Part shown: piece by piece, positions 35,729 to 48,774 of the stretch
Layout: each line of letters starts with the position of its first letter
How positions within the stretch are numbered: position 1 is the stretch's first letter
Assembly (NCBI RefSeq): GCF_044704955.1
Contig: NC_091979.1
Coordinates: 317,068,001 to 317,132,000 of the forward strand
DNA: 64,000 bases
Direction: 5' to 3'
From: Pristiophorus japonicus
Lineage: Eukaryota
Translations under genes and position numbers: made by a program
The notes under the pieces: generated by a model
Told to the model about the DNA's origin: nothing
The model's database searches: none
Seen by the model: only the letters and a program-made list of their open reading frames with translations

Positions 35729-38700
35729 TGTGGTGTATGCAGGCACCTTTGGTAATGACTCGATGAGGCAGGGTATGGTACTTAAACTGTGTACACTGCA
35801 GTCCTTTATTTGCAGCTCCTCGAGTGAGGACACCAAGCTGTGAGCTCCCTTTTAGACTGGGTTACCCGCAGTGTGTAGGTAACCCTTAGGTCTCCAGCAG
35901 CAGCACCCTCTGGTGTACAGTAAGGTGTGTACAGTGTAAGGTACATTCAGTGATACAAACATCATATAACAATACAAGCAAGCATACATAACAACACTCC
36001 CCCCTAAGCATTTTTCAAGTCCTTATTGTAATGACCTGGGGAAGTGATCGGTAGTGGGTTATGGGAGGTTGTGGTGAGGGTTGTGTGGGTGCTAGGTGTA
36101 GTGAGGGTTGTGTGGGTGCCAGGTGTGATCCCTGTTCTTAAGGTTGGCCTCATATATTTCCCCCCCATCCCTCACACAGACCATGTGGGTGTCACTGTTG
36201 TGGGATCCCTCAGTGGGGTAGTCATTGCAGCAGTGGGTAGGGTGCATATTCTGAGATGTGGGTAGTTGTGTGGTGGTGGGCAGGACCACAGGACTGTGTG
36301 GGCTCCTTGTCCTCCAATTGGGATGAGAGTCTGGTCATCCCAGGGTTTGCCAGGAAAGCTGGAGGGTATTGGCCTCTCGCTCCTGGTGTTGGCCCTCGTG
36401 GCCAGGGGGTGTAGGGCTGGTCTGGGGCAGGTTGCCAGTGGTGGTGGCTGTGTTGCCCATTGACCACTGTCCCTGTAGTGGGTCTGCTTCCACTGGGTGT
36501 GCTGGGTGTGTGTGTGTCCTTCCTGGGGCATCACACTCGTTCCAAAGATCCAGGCTACATGGTCTGGTAGCCAACTGGACCTGGGGGTCTCCCATGGGGG
36601 GATTCCTCTAGCATTTGCATGGTCCCTGTCGAACACTGTGTGCTTTAACAGTGTCCTACCTGTATACATGACACCCTAGCTCTGATCATACATAGTTGAG
36701 TCTATATTATTGACTGCCTTTACATTGTTAATAACAGCATTTGCATCACTTTTTGGTATCATGGTCTCACCAGACATGGTTACATTAGGTATTTCAAACT
36801 CCCTGCCATAATCATCACACATAACAAGCTTGTTCCTAAACTTACTTACACAAGCATTCATTTTATTTTTCACATTAGTTACACCAGCATCACAATTCAT
36901 GGTTACATTATCATACGTCCACCCTTTTACTGCATTTTTAGTTTTAAAGTCCCTGTCATCTTTAAGTTGAAACTGCCCCTTTAAATTTTTTTGGTTACCG
37001 GTCTCCTTTAAGGGAGCCTTCAAATCCGATTGGCCGCTCGATGTCACGTGTCGCTCCTCCAATGCGGCCCCTCGTGGTCTGGTCCCGGCCATTTTGATTT
37101 TAGGTTTTTTTCCTCGTGGTGAGGCAGCTATCTTCTGGCTCTCCTCCAGGTCGGCTGTGGTGATCTTTTCTTCCTCAGGTTTGGCCATGGACGTCGGGAA
37201 TCCACTTCTTTCGATGATGTTCACCTCTTGGAGTCCTGCCCTGGCCTGGAAGATGAAGGTTGGATTTTCGGTTCCTGAGATCTTGTCACGGTGTTGTGGA
37301 GTCGTCACCCCGCAGTCGACTGGTCGCTGGGATCTCTCGATGCAGCGATGGATCCATGTTCGGGGCTGCGTGGGATGTCGATTGCTGGAGCCTGGAGGCC
37401 GTCGCCACTTCCCCTGATTTGGACCGGGTTCATCCAATTCCTTCCCAGCAGTGTGGGACCATCTCCAGCAACGATCCACAGGGAGAGTTTGTTCAACACG
37501 GCGCCCTGAGAGACCTGGACGTTCACGCTGCCAACGATTTGGATTTTACCTTTGGTGTAGGTGAGCAGCTGCGCCTGGACAGGAGACAGTTTTGGTCGAG
37601 TGGTGGGATTCATCCGAATTTTTTCAAAGGTCGTTTGGCTCATCACAGACTGGCTCGGCCCTGTGTCGATCTCCATGGAAACTGGGACCCCACCGATGTC
37701 AACTTCCATCGTCCACAGAGAACTTTCAGTGGAGCAGGTATTATCTCCATACTCTTCTTCCAGGGGTTGAGCAGCTTCATCTTCATCTGTGTCGGAGCCC
37801 CGGTGATCAGCCTCCTCTTCAGTGACGCAGTGAGTAAAGCTTTTTCTACACATCCTTTGATGGTGCCCTTTCTCTTTGCAGCTTTTGCATGTCTAGTCTT
37901 TGTAGCGGCTGGTGGGCCCTGTGGTTTCCTCCACAGCGCCAGCACGGGGCTATCCGGTTTGCCCCATGTGGCGGACCAGGGTTGCGGAACTCGGGGCAGC
38001 ATTTCTGCCTTTAGAAGTGTCCATGCGGTGCACTGCGCTCGCCGGTTTAGAGTCCAGGGTCAGTATTCACCTGGAGTCGCCGGCCGAAGCCATGTAGGCC
38101 TGGCTCACTGGAATTGCTTTCTGCAGGGTGACTGCGATGTCCGCAGAGAGCAATTTGTATAGGAGGCCCTTGTGGCCAATTCCGATGACAAATATGTCCC
38201 TTTGTGCTTCATTCAGGTGGTCTCCAAAATCACACGGTGCAGCTAGTCTTCTTAAATGTGCAGCATACTTAGTAATTTCCTGGCCTTCGGGTCGCCGGTA
38301 AGTGAAGAACCGGTGCCTGGCTTTGAGGATGCTTTCTTTTGGTTTTACTTGCTCCTGTATTAGTGTTACAAGTTCCTCATAGCTGTTGGTGGTTGTCTTC
38401 ACAGGGGCTAGCAAGTCCCTGACGAGACAATGGATGGTGGGCCCACAACTGCTAAGCAGGATGGCCCTGCGCTTTCAGTCGTGTAGCCGGTGTGTCCCCA
38501 TCCTGGTCGTTGGCTATGAAGAAATGTTCCAATCTTTCTACAAAAGTATCCCAATCTTCCCCATCGGTAAATTGCTGAAAGTTGCTGAGATTCGACATGC
38601 TGAGCATGTAGTTCGTGACCTCATCGCCAATTGCAGTGTATGCAGGCACCTTTGGTAATGACTCCACGAGGCAGTGTATGGTACTTAAACTGTGTACACT

Positions 38701-38895
38701 GTAGTCCTTTATTTGCAGCTCCTGAGTTGGGACACCAAGCTGTGAGCTCCCTTTTAGACTGGGTTACCCGCAGTGTGTAGGTAACCCTTAGGTCTCCAGC
38801 AGCAGCACCCTCTGGTGTACAGTAAGATGTGTACAGTGTAAGGTACATTCAGTGTTACAAACACCATAAAACAATACAAGCAAGCATACATAACA
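35729..38895 (-). mobile_element. Gypsy element B with two LTRs (35729-35993, 38632-38895), gag and protease, but no recognisable RT or integrase
   Basis: LTRs about 95% identical. PBS TGGCGATGAGG and PPT GGGGGGAG. Gag motifs EDWDTFVERLEHFF and ARHRFF.Y..PEGQ, a CCHC knuckle remnant, and protease MEIDTG. Confidence 0.9.
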
Positions 38896-41800
38896 CAGTC
38901 AAACCTGTGAGGGCAGCATGAGTGCAGGAAGGTGGAGGTGAGCTGTCGGATTGGAGTAGGGAATTGGGAGGGCCGAGTACCCGAGAGGGGAGAAATGATA
39001 GGAGACACGTCGACAGAAGTGAGGGATCAAGGAGGGGGAAACAAAAATAAATAAAGTGTCAGTGAAAAGCACAAGTAGAAGTGATGGGCTCGGGTCCGGA
39101 GAGGCAGACAAAATGCTCACGAGAATGGACACAGGGAAACTCAAGTTCCATCGGCCTGGTTACATAGCAATTACCCCACTCCATTTTAACTGCCTGCCTG
39201 TCGGTTTTCGCCAGGTAGGGGGGGAGTTAAAATCGGGACCACAAAGTCAGTTACAAAGGGGGAACGGAGCCAACAACTGATTTGTTGTGTATGTTATTCT
39301 ATTATCCAGATTATTTGTTTCCTGATTGTGAAATTAGAAACTTAACCTGTTCAACAAAACTAACCATAACTGTTTTGCAATCTGCCTTCTCACCAAATGA
39401 GAATTTAAAAATTGCCAGGCTGGGAGCCAATGTATATCAGTGAGCAAAGGGGTGATGGGTGAATGGGACGGTGTGAGTTAGGATACGGGCAGCAGAATTT
39501 TGTAAGAATTCAAGTTCATGAAGAATGGCAGATGGGAGGCCGGCCAGGAGAGCATTGGAATAGTCAAGGCCAGAGGTAACAAAGGCATGGATGAGGGTCC
39601 CAGCAGCAGCTGAGCTGAGGCAGGAGTGCAGTTGTGTGACGTTACTGAGGTGGAAGTTAGCAGACTTGCTGATGGAGCTGACATGTGGTCGGAAGCTCAT
39701 CTCGGTGTCAAATGTGACACCAAGGTTGCGAGTGGACTGGTTCAGCCTCAGACAGTTGCCAGGGAGAGGGATGGAGTCAGTGGCTTGGGAACAGAGTTTG
39801 TGGTGAAGATTCCCAATATTTAGTTGGAAGAAATTTCTGCTCATCCAGTACTGAGTTTTGGATAACCAGTGTGACCAATTAGAAACTGTGAATGGGTCGG
39901 GAGAGGTGGTAGTGAGGTAGAGCTGGGTGTTGTCAGCACAGATATGGAACCTGATGCTGTGTTGTGGGATGATTTCACCGAGGGGCAGCATGATGTAGAG
40001 TAAAGGAGGGGGCCAGGGCTAGATCCTTGGGGAGTCCAGAGGTAATGCTGTGGTAGTGGGAAGAGAATCCATTGCAGATGATTGTCTGACTATGATTGGA
40101 TAGAGAAGAATGGAACCAGGAGAGTGCAGACCCACCCAGCTGGAGGAGGGAGGAGAGGTGTTGCAAGTGATGTTGTGGTCAACCGTGTCAAAGGCTGTAG
40201 ACAGGTTGAGAACAATGAAGAGGGTTAGTTTAACACAGTCACAGACACATAGGATGTCATTTGTGACTTTGATAAGGTTCGAATCAGTACTGGAGGAAAA
40301 CTGATTGTAGGGTTTCAAACATGGATCTGCGGGAATGATCAGCATGGATTTGGGAGGCGATGGCACATTCAAGGACATTGGAGAGGAAAGGATTTTGGAG
40401 ATGGGTCAGTGGGTTGCAGGGACAGAGGTGTTAGGAATGATTTTTTTTGAGGAGAAGGATGATGAAAGCAGATGTGAAGGGCTGGGGGACAGTACTTGAG
40501 GAGATTTAACAATATCTGCTGTTATGGGGGCCAGGAAGGGAAGTTGGGCGGTTATCAATTTGGTAACAATGGGGTTCGAGTGAGCAGGAGGTGGGTCGAA
40601 TAGACAAGGGGAGCTTGGAGTGGGCATGAGGTGAGATTGGGGAGAAATGGAGAAATATGCAAGTTCAGGGCTAGAGCAGAGGGAAACCATAGGTGAAGTT
40701 TGACCTGGTGGGCTCGGTGAAAAGACGGAAGCAGGTGATGCGGCTGAACGGATGGTCTCAATGTTTGTGACCAAAAAATCTACGACCTCCTCACACTTGT
40801 TTTTGGAGATGAGGGTGGAAGAGGCAGGAAGAGGGATTTGGGAAGACTGTGTGTCAATAGAATAGAAGCCAGGGGCTTTCAATGCCTTCCAGAAAGATCG
40901 TGGAAAGGTGAGCATTTTTGGCAGAGGAGCGCAGGGCCCGATAATACTTTATATGCTGCAGTCAGAGCTGGCAATGAATAGCGAAACCATTTGTTTACCA
41001 TAAAAATTCATGTCTGCATCCCTTGGGCTTGAGGGAGCAGTGATGAGGGCTGTACCAGGGAGAAGAACCAGAGTGAAAGAGATTAATGGTTTAAATGGGG
41101 ACAAGAGCATCAGAGGTGGAGGTGAGGGAGTGATTGAGCAGATCAGTAAATGAAGAAATGTTGTGATCAATGGAGGGACAAATGCGAGGCAGTTGAGAAT
41201 TTGAAAGTGCAGTGTTAAGTGACTTGGGGAGAGTTTTTTTTACAGTGGCAGACACAGAACGAAGTGAAGTTGTGAGGGGAAAGGGGGATGTGTGTTGTGA
41301 GCAATACTAGGAAGTGATCAGAGATGGCCTTATCTGTGATTGACACGGGGGGAACAGCGAGGCCAAGTGAGGAGGCAAGGTCGAGGGGATGGCCATGAAT
41401 ATGGGTAGGGGAGTTTATATGAAGGGAAAGATTAAGTGAGGATATGAGGGTAATGAACTCAGAGGTGAGAGAGAATGTTGATTTAAGATGGAGGTTGAAA
41501 TCACCGAAGATGAGAAGTCAGTTGGTGCAGAGACTAAGGGAGGAAAGCAGTGAAGATATCTCGGTAGAAATTTGGCTCTGTATTTGGCTGGGCATTAGAG
41601 AATGAGGATTTTAAATTTGAGAGAGGTAGAACAAAGTGGGATGGTCAAAGGGAGAGAAGATGCCAGAGAAGTACAGAGAACTACCTCGGTGTGATTTGGT
41701 GATAAGTATCACACCGCCACAGCGGTCGTTTGGGTGAGGCCAGTGGTGAAAGGTATAGCCTGGTGGGAAAGATTCACTTGGGGGAAGGCACCTTCAACCA

Positions 41801-42694
41801 TCAGCCAGGTTTCTGTCAAGACCCTGATGTCGCAGCAATCATCCACAGGGTTAGCTTTGGGAGGGGTGAGTGGGACGGGATGGAGATTGGAAAGGTTAAT
41901 GCCCAGCTCTCACACTGAGTAGTAAGCTCAGCGAAGAATAGGATGAGGCAGTTTGAGTTGTTGCTCATAAGGAGAGAATGCTGAGTGTCTTGTTAGGCTC
42001 TCCGGAGAGTGCCAAGCGAGGCACAGGGGGCAGCTGTAAGCTTATCTAAGATGCAGTCAAACCTGTGAGGGCAGCATTAGTGCAGGAAGGTGGAGGTGAG
42101 CTGTCAGATTGGAGTAGGGAATTGGGAGGGCCGAGTACCCGAGAGGGGAGAAATGATAGGAGACACGTCGACAGAAGTGAGGGATCAATGAAGGGTAAAG
42201 AGAAATAAAATAAAGTGTCAGTGAAAAGCACAAGTAGAAGTGATGGGCTCGGGTCCGGAGAGGCAGACAAAATGCTCACGAGAATGGACACAGGGAAACT
42301 CAAGTTCCATCGGCCTGGTTACATAGCAATTACCCCACTCCATTTTAACTGCCTGCCTGTCGGTTTTTGCCAGGCGGTGGGGAGGAGTTAAAATCGGGAC
42401 CACAAAGTCAGTTACAAAAGGGGAACAGAGCTGGCAACTGAATTCCTGTGTATGTTATTCTATTATCCAGATTATTTGTTTCCTGATTGTGAAACTAGAA
42501 GCTTAACCTCTTAAACAAAACTGTTTTGCAATCTGCCTTCTCACCAAATGAGAATTTAAAGATTGAGGCGTTGCCAGACTGGGAGCCAATGTATGTCAGT
42601 GAGCAAAGGGGTGATGGGTGAACGGGACGGTGTGAGTTGGGGTACGGGCAGCAGAGTTTTGGATGAATTCAAGTTCACGGAGGGTGGAAAATGG
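38896..42694 (+). repeat. About 640-bp direct repeat (38896-39535 and 42054-42694), period 3158 bp
   Basis: The copies align directly and include both TE-derived and unique-looking sequence. Confidence 0.92.
39412..42290 (-). mobile_element. L2-clade LINE, decayed (EN + RT)
   Basis: CADNTQLY (from YADDTQLY), LIKVTNDIL, LSTAFDTVDH, RNLGVTFD, LIHAFVTS.LDYSNALL, QNSAARIL, and EN motif IFGDFNLH. Confidence 0.88.
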
Positions 42695-43060
42695 GCCAAG
42701 TGAGCTGGCAAGATCGAGTGGGTGGCCGTGAATATGGGTTGTGGAGTTTATATGGAGGGAGAGGTTAAGGGAGGATAGGAGGGCAGTGAAGTCAGAGGTG
42801 AGAGAGAAAGCTGAGTTGGGACGTACTTGAAATCACCAAAGATGAGAAGTCAGTCGGTGAAGAGGTTGTGAAGATATCTGAGTGGAAATTACTTGGTATT
42901 TGGCTGGGCGATGGAGAATGAGGAATTACATGAGATGACAGAGATGTGGAACAAGATGAGCTGTTCAAAGGAGGAGGTGTCAGAGGAGTATGGCGAGAGA
43001 CCATGATGTGATTTGGTGATGAATGTCTCCTGGCTCCCTGTGGAAACAACACCTCTCTCC
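42572..43060 (-). mobile_element. Internally deleted L2 remnant (RT C-terminus joined to EN region)
   Basis: Homologous to 39412-39535 and to about 41370-41700. Confidence 0.7.
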
Positions 43061-44475
43061 TCGAGTTGACCCCCTACACCAAGGCCTCCAGTGCTGTATC
43101 CGAGAAACTTGCCACACGCTCTCTTCGCTGTTGTGACATGATTTTTCTTTTCTCCTCCTCTCACTGTCTTCCCCAGCCAGTTCAATGAGCTGCTGCAGAC
43201 AGAATGCACCTCCCCTTTCAGAAATGTAGACTGCCTTTAAGTAGTGCAGGCTAGCTTTATGTGGTACTAGCCTCGCACGACCTTGGGTCCCGTGCTGAGC
43301 ATTCAGCCACTCAGCAGCACGTTCGACACTGGGCTGAATGCCATAACCATGGAAATGAGCAGGCAGTATGAAGTTCGTGTGTTGCTTGCATTCCCCACAA
43401 CTGGCGTGTGTTGATCGCACATCGCGATCCCCGCGCCCGTTTTCGGGGGCTAACGAATTTCTAGGCCTTTATATTTTTAAAGTTTATTTTTTGCAAATTA
43501 ATAACTCCAGATTGGTAGAATTAAAATGGTGACTGTAGAATTAACAGTCGACTCACACATCCACCACTGAGTGAGAAACAAGGGTCTGGTTTTACTTCAG
43601 TTGCACCACCCAAAAATGGGGAAGGATGAAAATGGGGTGCGGAAGCCGACCGCCAGAACCTCACTCCTCAGAGCACCACCAGAAAGTCCCCCCATACCCC
43701 ATTTGATATGTTGGTGGGGTGAGGGGGGCAGGGAGTGGGAAACGGGCCACCAGGTGAGGGCCGGCAATACAACAACAACTTGTATTGCTATCTAGATATA
43801 TTTATAATACAGGCTGGGGAAGTAGCAGAACGCCCTTATGGACAGAGAAGGCCCAACAGTGGGCACCTCTCCCTCGCTTCTGTCCCCAGTCACTCAGTTT
43901 GTACAAATGCTGCTCATTCTGAAGCGGTAAGTAAAATTGCGCTGCTAATCTTTGGGGTGTTTCTGCCCCCGTTAATGGTGGATGTTCCTCTCTCTGGTGT
44001 TGCTGTGCGATGCCACCATTCCCTGGCTATCAGTGGTGGCTCCTTGAAGTGTAACAGAGATCCCGCTGGGAGCCTGCCCTGCGGGTCTAATGAGCCCCAA
44101 CCCAGGAAAATGGGTCGGTTGACGTGGGTCAGAGTGTTCGGTGGAAGCCCCGCTTGACCCACCTCTGACACAAACCCTTCCTGGAGGAAAACCCAGCTCA
44201 GGAAGATATAATGGTATTTCAAAGCTATCATGAAAAAAGCTGCTGGGATGGTTGAAGTAGTGTTGCCAACTCTGGTTGGACGTATTCCTGGATGTTTTAT
44301 CACATGACCTCCCACCTCCAATAGCCCCACCCTGAGCTCCCATCAGTGATTACCGGACTCGCACATCCTCACACATTCCCCCACCAATAGGAAAGGGAAC
44401 AGACTCCAGAACCTGATTGGATGATTTTTTATTGTGAGACAGCAGCCTTTTTCCCCACCTCCAATATTTATATTC

Positions 44476-45267
44476 CAGGTACAACGTCCAGAATCCAGAA
44501 TTCCCAAAACCAGAATTGTCCGAAAATTGGACAGTTTTGAAGCGGCCAAGGTGGCAACGGAGGGCAGTGCCGGGGGGCCACGGCCAGTGAGAATCGGCGG
44601 CCAGCGAGGAGCGGGGGATCGGCCGGTGGCGAGGAGTGAAGGATCGGCCGGCGGTGAGGAGCGGAGAATCGGCGGCCAGCGAGGAGCGGAGGATCGGCCG
44701 GTGGCGAGGAGTGAAGGATCGGCCGGTGGCGAGGAGTGAAGGATCGGCCGGCGGTGAGGAGCGGAGAATCGGCGGCCAGCGAGGAGCGGAGGATCGGCCG
44801 GTGGCGAGGAGTGAAGGATCGGCCGGCGGTGAGGAGCGGAGAATCGGCGGCCAGCGAGGAGCGGAGGATCGGCCGGTGGTGAGGAGAGAAGGATCGGCCG
44901 GCGGTGAGGAGCGGAGGATTGGCCGGCGGTGAGGAGCGGAGGATTGGCCGGTGGTGAGGAGCGGAGGATTGGCCGGTGGTGAGGAGCGGGGGATTGGCCG
45001 GTGGTGAGGAGCGGAGGATTGGCCGGCGGTGAGGAGTGGAGGATTGGCCGGCGGTGAGGAGCGGAGGATCGGCCGGCGGTGAGGAGCGGAGGATTGGCCG
45101 GCGGTGAGGAGCGGAGGATTGGCCGGTGGTGAGGAGCGGAGGATTGGCCGGTGGTGAGGAGCGGGGGATTGGCCGATGGCGAGGAGCGGAGGATTGGCCG
45201 ATGGTGAGGAGCGGAGGATTGGCCGATGGCGAGGAGCGCCAACAGCGGATTTCAGACATTGTACCTG
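44476..45267. mobile_element. Tc1/mariner (Tigger-like) non-autonomous element
   Basis: TIRs CAGGTACAACGTCCAGAATCC and (reverse complement) CAGGTACAATGTCTGAAATCC. TA on the right flank. Confidence 0.8.
44586..45237. repeat. 25-bp CpG-rich tandem repeat, about 26 copies, with a 75-bp higher-order unit on the left
   Basis: Unit GAGGAGCGGAGGATTGGCCGGCGGT. Confidence 0.95.
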
Positions 45268-45419
45268 TACTAATAAACAAAAGGATTCAAAGAAAATGTT
45301 AAAAACACACCATTTATTTCATGTCCCCGTGAATGTTCTCCCTAGTTGCTCACAGCAGTGTGCTGGAGATTAACCTTCAATACAGACAGACTCCAGGGCA
45401 ATCTGTTTGACTGATGTGG

Positions 45420-46076
45420 CTGTCATGGTTGAATAGCTAGCAGTGTGTGCAAGCTGTGAGATGTGAGTGTGAGGCTTGCGGCAGTGTGAAGTATGTGAGG
45501 GTGAGGTGAAGCTATGTCAGGTATGAAGCCTGACTGAGAGAGATTGTTGGGAGGTGAGCGATGGGGATGTGGTGAATTGAGCAGTGGGTGTGGCTCCTGT
45601 TGCAGTTGGGAAGACATGGCATTTGAGGTTGCATTCACTGACCTTGACCACTCATTTGAGGTCACTGAACTTCTTGCGGCACTGTATGCGGGTCCTCGGG
45701 GCTTGACTCCGGGCACTGACCACCACGGCTATCTGCTTCCACTTCCTTTTGACCGTGTGTCTGGAGGGCTGCCTTCCCCCCTGTGGATTCAGGACATCGC
45801 GCCTCCTTTCCACATCCTCCATCAAGGCCTTCAGTGCAACGTCCCAATAACTTGGAGACCGCTAGCTCCCCTGTTGTGCCTTTCCTCTTTCCCAGGTCAG
45901 AATCTCTTCAACCACGACCCCCAGCACCTGCTCCAGCCACAATGCAGCACCCCTTTAAGAGGTGCCGGTTGGCGCAGCACCAAGTTGGCGTGCTGCCTGC
46001 ATTTCAATCAACGGGCGTGGGTTAATCACGCTTCATGATCTCTGATCCCGTCTTCAGGGCGATCCAGTTTAGCCCC
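45420..46076 (-). mobile_element. Harbinger end fragment with Myb/SANT exon 1
   Basis: VERRRDVL...WKQIAVVVSARSQAPRTRIQCRKKFSDL..VVK followed by GTCAGT. TIR-like AGTTTAGCCCC. Confidence 0.7.
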
Positions 46077-47672
46077 TCAGGTGACTGTGTATCATCTCCA
46101 ATACCTTAAGTTCAGTTTCCAGCATTGCACGGACCTGAGAAAACCTCCACAGAAAGGCTGTTTCTGGTGCTGTTTCAAGGAGGTGATTTTCCATTCGGTG
46201 TAAATATGGTGTGAGGCATCTGCACCTCTCCCAATGTTAGGTTCTTCCACTGTCCAATTCCACGGAACTTTCCCAACCATTCCTCCCTAACCTTTCTCTA
46301 ATAGCATTATGGCTACAGCTATCAGTGTAAGGTCCATGTGTCACTCCACAATCAACAGCTGTTCAGTTTACTGCCTGTGTTAAAGGCTGGTCTGAATGTT
46401 CCTTACAGAGCTGGTACAGTTCACTATCACAAAGTATGGACTATGAGTGACACTTGCTGTCAGCATTAGCGCAGATCAATGACACAAATAAAATCGTAAC
46501 TACAGTTCATTTTTATTGGTTATTTTAACACTCAGTCTCTGATATTACAGCAAATTAACATTTCTGCTGGGAAAAGCTATCTCTGCAACTATAAAGCTTT
46601 ATTATTTTTTAACCATTTTAATCTATTACTTTATCATTTATCCATAAGTCACGCGGTAGAAATTAACCGCTTCCATTGAAGAGGCTGGAAATCAGGGAGC
46701 TGTGGGCGGCTCATTTCCCGGAGAGAGAGAACATAATCTTTATTCAGGCGTGATACCGACCATCCCGTACAAAGCGGGGAAATCGGTGGGGACTGTACTC
46801 ACAAATACTGAAGCAAAAGGCTGCTTCGAATAAAAATATTAACAGTATATATTAAATAAGGTAAGTCGGATGAGTATGCTGCCAAACTTGTTCATTGATC
46901 AGAGAGCATCACAGCATCTTTCAAACACTGGGGTAGAGTCTCTGCTAATTTGTGATAGTTTTATCAGCACAATCCGGTGAAAACTGCTCAACCAGCGCAA
47001 AAGATCACGGGAACTCGAGCATGATTTACATCAAGTGTAAATCAAGTATTCCGTGATCTTTAACACTGGTTTAAAAATCTACAAAACTGGCCCGGCCCAC
47101 AGATAGAAATAACGAGGATGGCGAGTTTCCACCGATTGCACCCGTTCGAGGAAGGTTTTCAAATTAAACTAATTGTCTTAGGCACCAGGCACTAGTCGGC
47201 ATGATTTAAAAGTTTTACATATTAAACATACTTTATTGACTTACAAACTGACTAATGTATAACAATGAAACTAATAAATGGCTCAGTATAGTTTTCTTTT
47301 CAGACATTTCAGTTATCTTAAATCAGGTTTCCCACAGGTGAAAGGCTGGGCACTTCTATTAAAAATGCTTATTTTTTGTCATAATCAAACTCCAAGGCCT
47401 TTTCAAAGCATTAAATAGCTTCGCACTTCTCCCCATCCAGCTGGTGCAGTAACCCAGGAACACCAAAGGCCTTGCTGTCTCTGGGATTCCTGTCAATTTG
47501 TTTTGATACAATCTTTCTCAAATTTTCGTGACACAATTGCCAACCTTTTGTGCCTTGTTCAATTGTAAGTCCTTCCAGAAAATTGGTGATTGCATTTGAT
47601 TCAGATCCTTTCTAGTGCAGTTCAAATAACCCAAACTGCAAAGACACTGCCTGCTGTTTATCAGGACATAAT

Positions 47673-48773
47673 AACATAAGAACATAAGAAATAGGAGCAG
47701 GAGTAGGCCACCTGGCCCCATGAACCTGCTCCGCCATTTAATATTAAGGCTGATCTGATAATGGACTCAGCTCCACATCCCTGACCGCTCCCCATAACTC
47801 CTTGTTCCCTTATCGCTCAAAAATCTGTATATCTCCTCCTTAAATATATTCAATGACCCAGCCTCCACAGTGCTCTGGGGCAGAGAATTCCATAGATTTA
47901 CAACCCTCTGAGAGAAGAAATTCCTCCTCAACTCAGTTTTAAATGGGTGGCCCCTTATTCTGAGACTATGTGCCCTAGTTTTAGTTTCCCCGATGAGTGG
48001 AAATATCCTTTCTGCATCCACCTTGTCAAGCCCCCTCATTATCTTATTTTTCGATAAGATACCTCTCATTCTTCTGAACTCCAATGAGTATTGGCCCAAC
48101 TTACTCAACCTACCTCCATAAGTCAACCCCCTCAACTGCGGAATCAACCAAGTGAACCTTCTCTGAACAGCCTCCAATGCAAGTATATCCTTTCTTAAAT
48201 ATGGAAGCCAAAATTGTACGCAGTACTCGATAGGTTGGCCTCACCAATATCCTGTACAGTTGTAGCAGGACTTTGCTGCTTTTATACTCTATCCCCCTTG
48301 CAATAAAGGCCAACATTCCATTTGCCTTCCTGATTACTTGCATACTAACTTTGTGTGTTTCATGCACAAGGACCCCCAGTTCCCTCTGTACAGCAGCACT
48401 TTGCAATTTTTTTTCATTTAAATTATAATTTGCTTTTCTATTTTTTCTGCCAAAGTGGATAACCTCACATTTTCCCACATTATACTATATCTGCCAAATG
48501 TTTGCCCACTCACTTAGCCTGTCTATATCCCTTTGCAGATTTTTTGTGTCCTCCTCACTATTTGCTTTCCCACCCATCTTTGTATCATCAGCAAACTTGG
48601 CTACATTACACTCGGTCCCTTCATCCAAGTCATTAATATAGATTGTAAATACTTGAGGCCGCAGCAACGATCCCTGCGGCACCCCACTCGTCACTGTTTG
48701 CCAACCAGAAAATGACCCATTTATCCCGACTCTCTGTTTTTGTTCGTCAGCCAATCCTCTATCCATGCCAACA
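47673..48773 (-). mobile_element. 5'-truncated CR1 in IFIT
   Basis: (ACATAAGA)n tail, GVPQGS and FADDT. Confidence 0.92.
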
Positions 48774-48774
48774 T

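Larger units (their letters stand above)
44258..45405. mobile_element. hAT-like MITE remnant interrupted by a Tc1/mariner MITE
   Basis: Starts TAGTGTTGCCAAC, a hAT-type TAGGGTTGCCA terminus. The right end is truncated. Confidence 0.5.

Noticed and set aside
46100-46280. ISRE-like AGTTCAGTTTCC and kB-like GGAACTTTCC motifs
   Set aside because: Imperfect matches lying 3' of the IFIT pseudogene, not distinguishable from chance.
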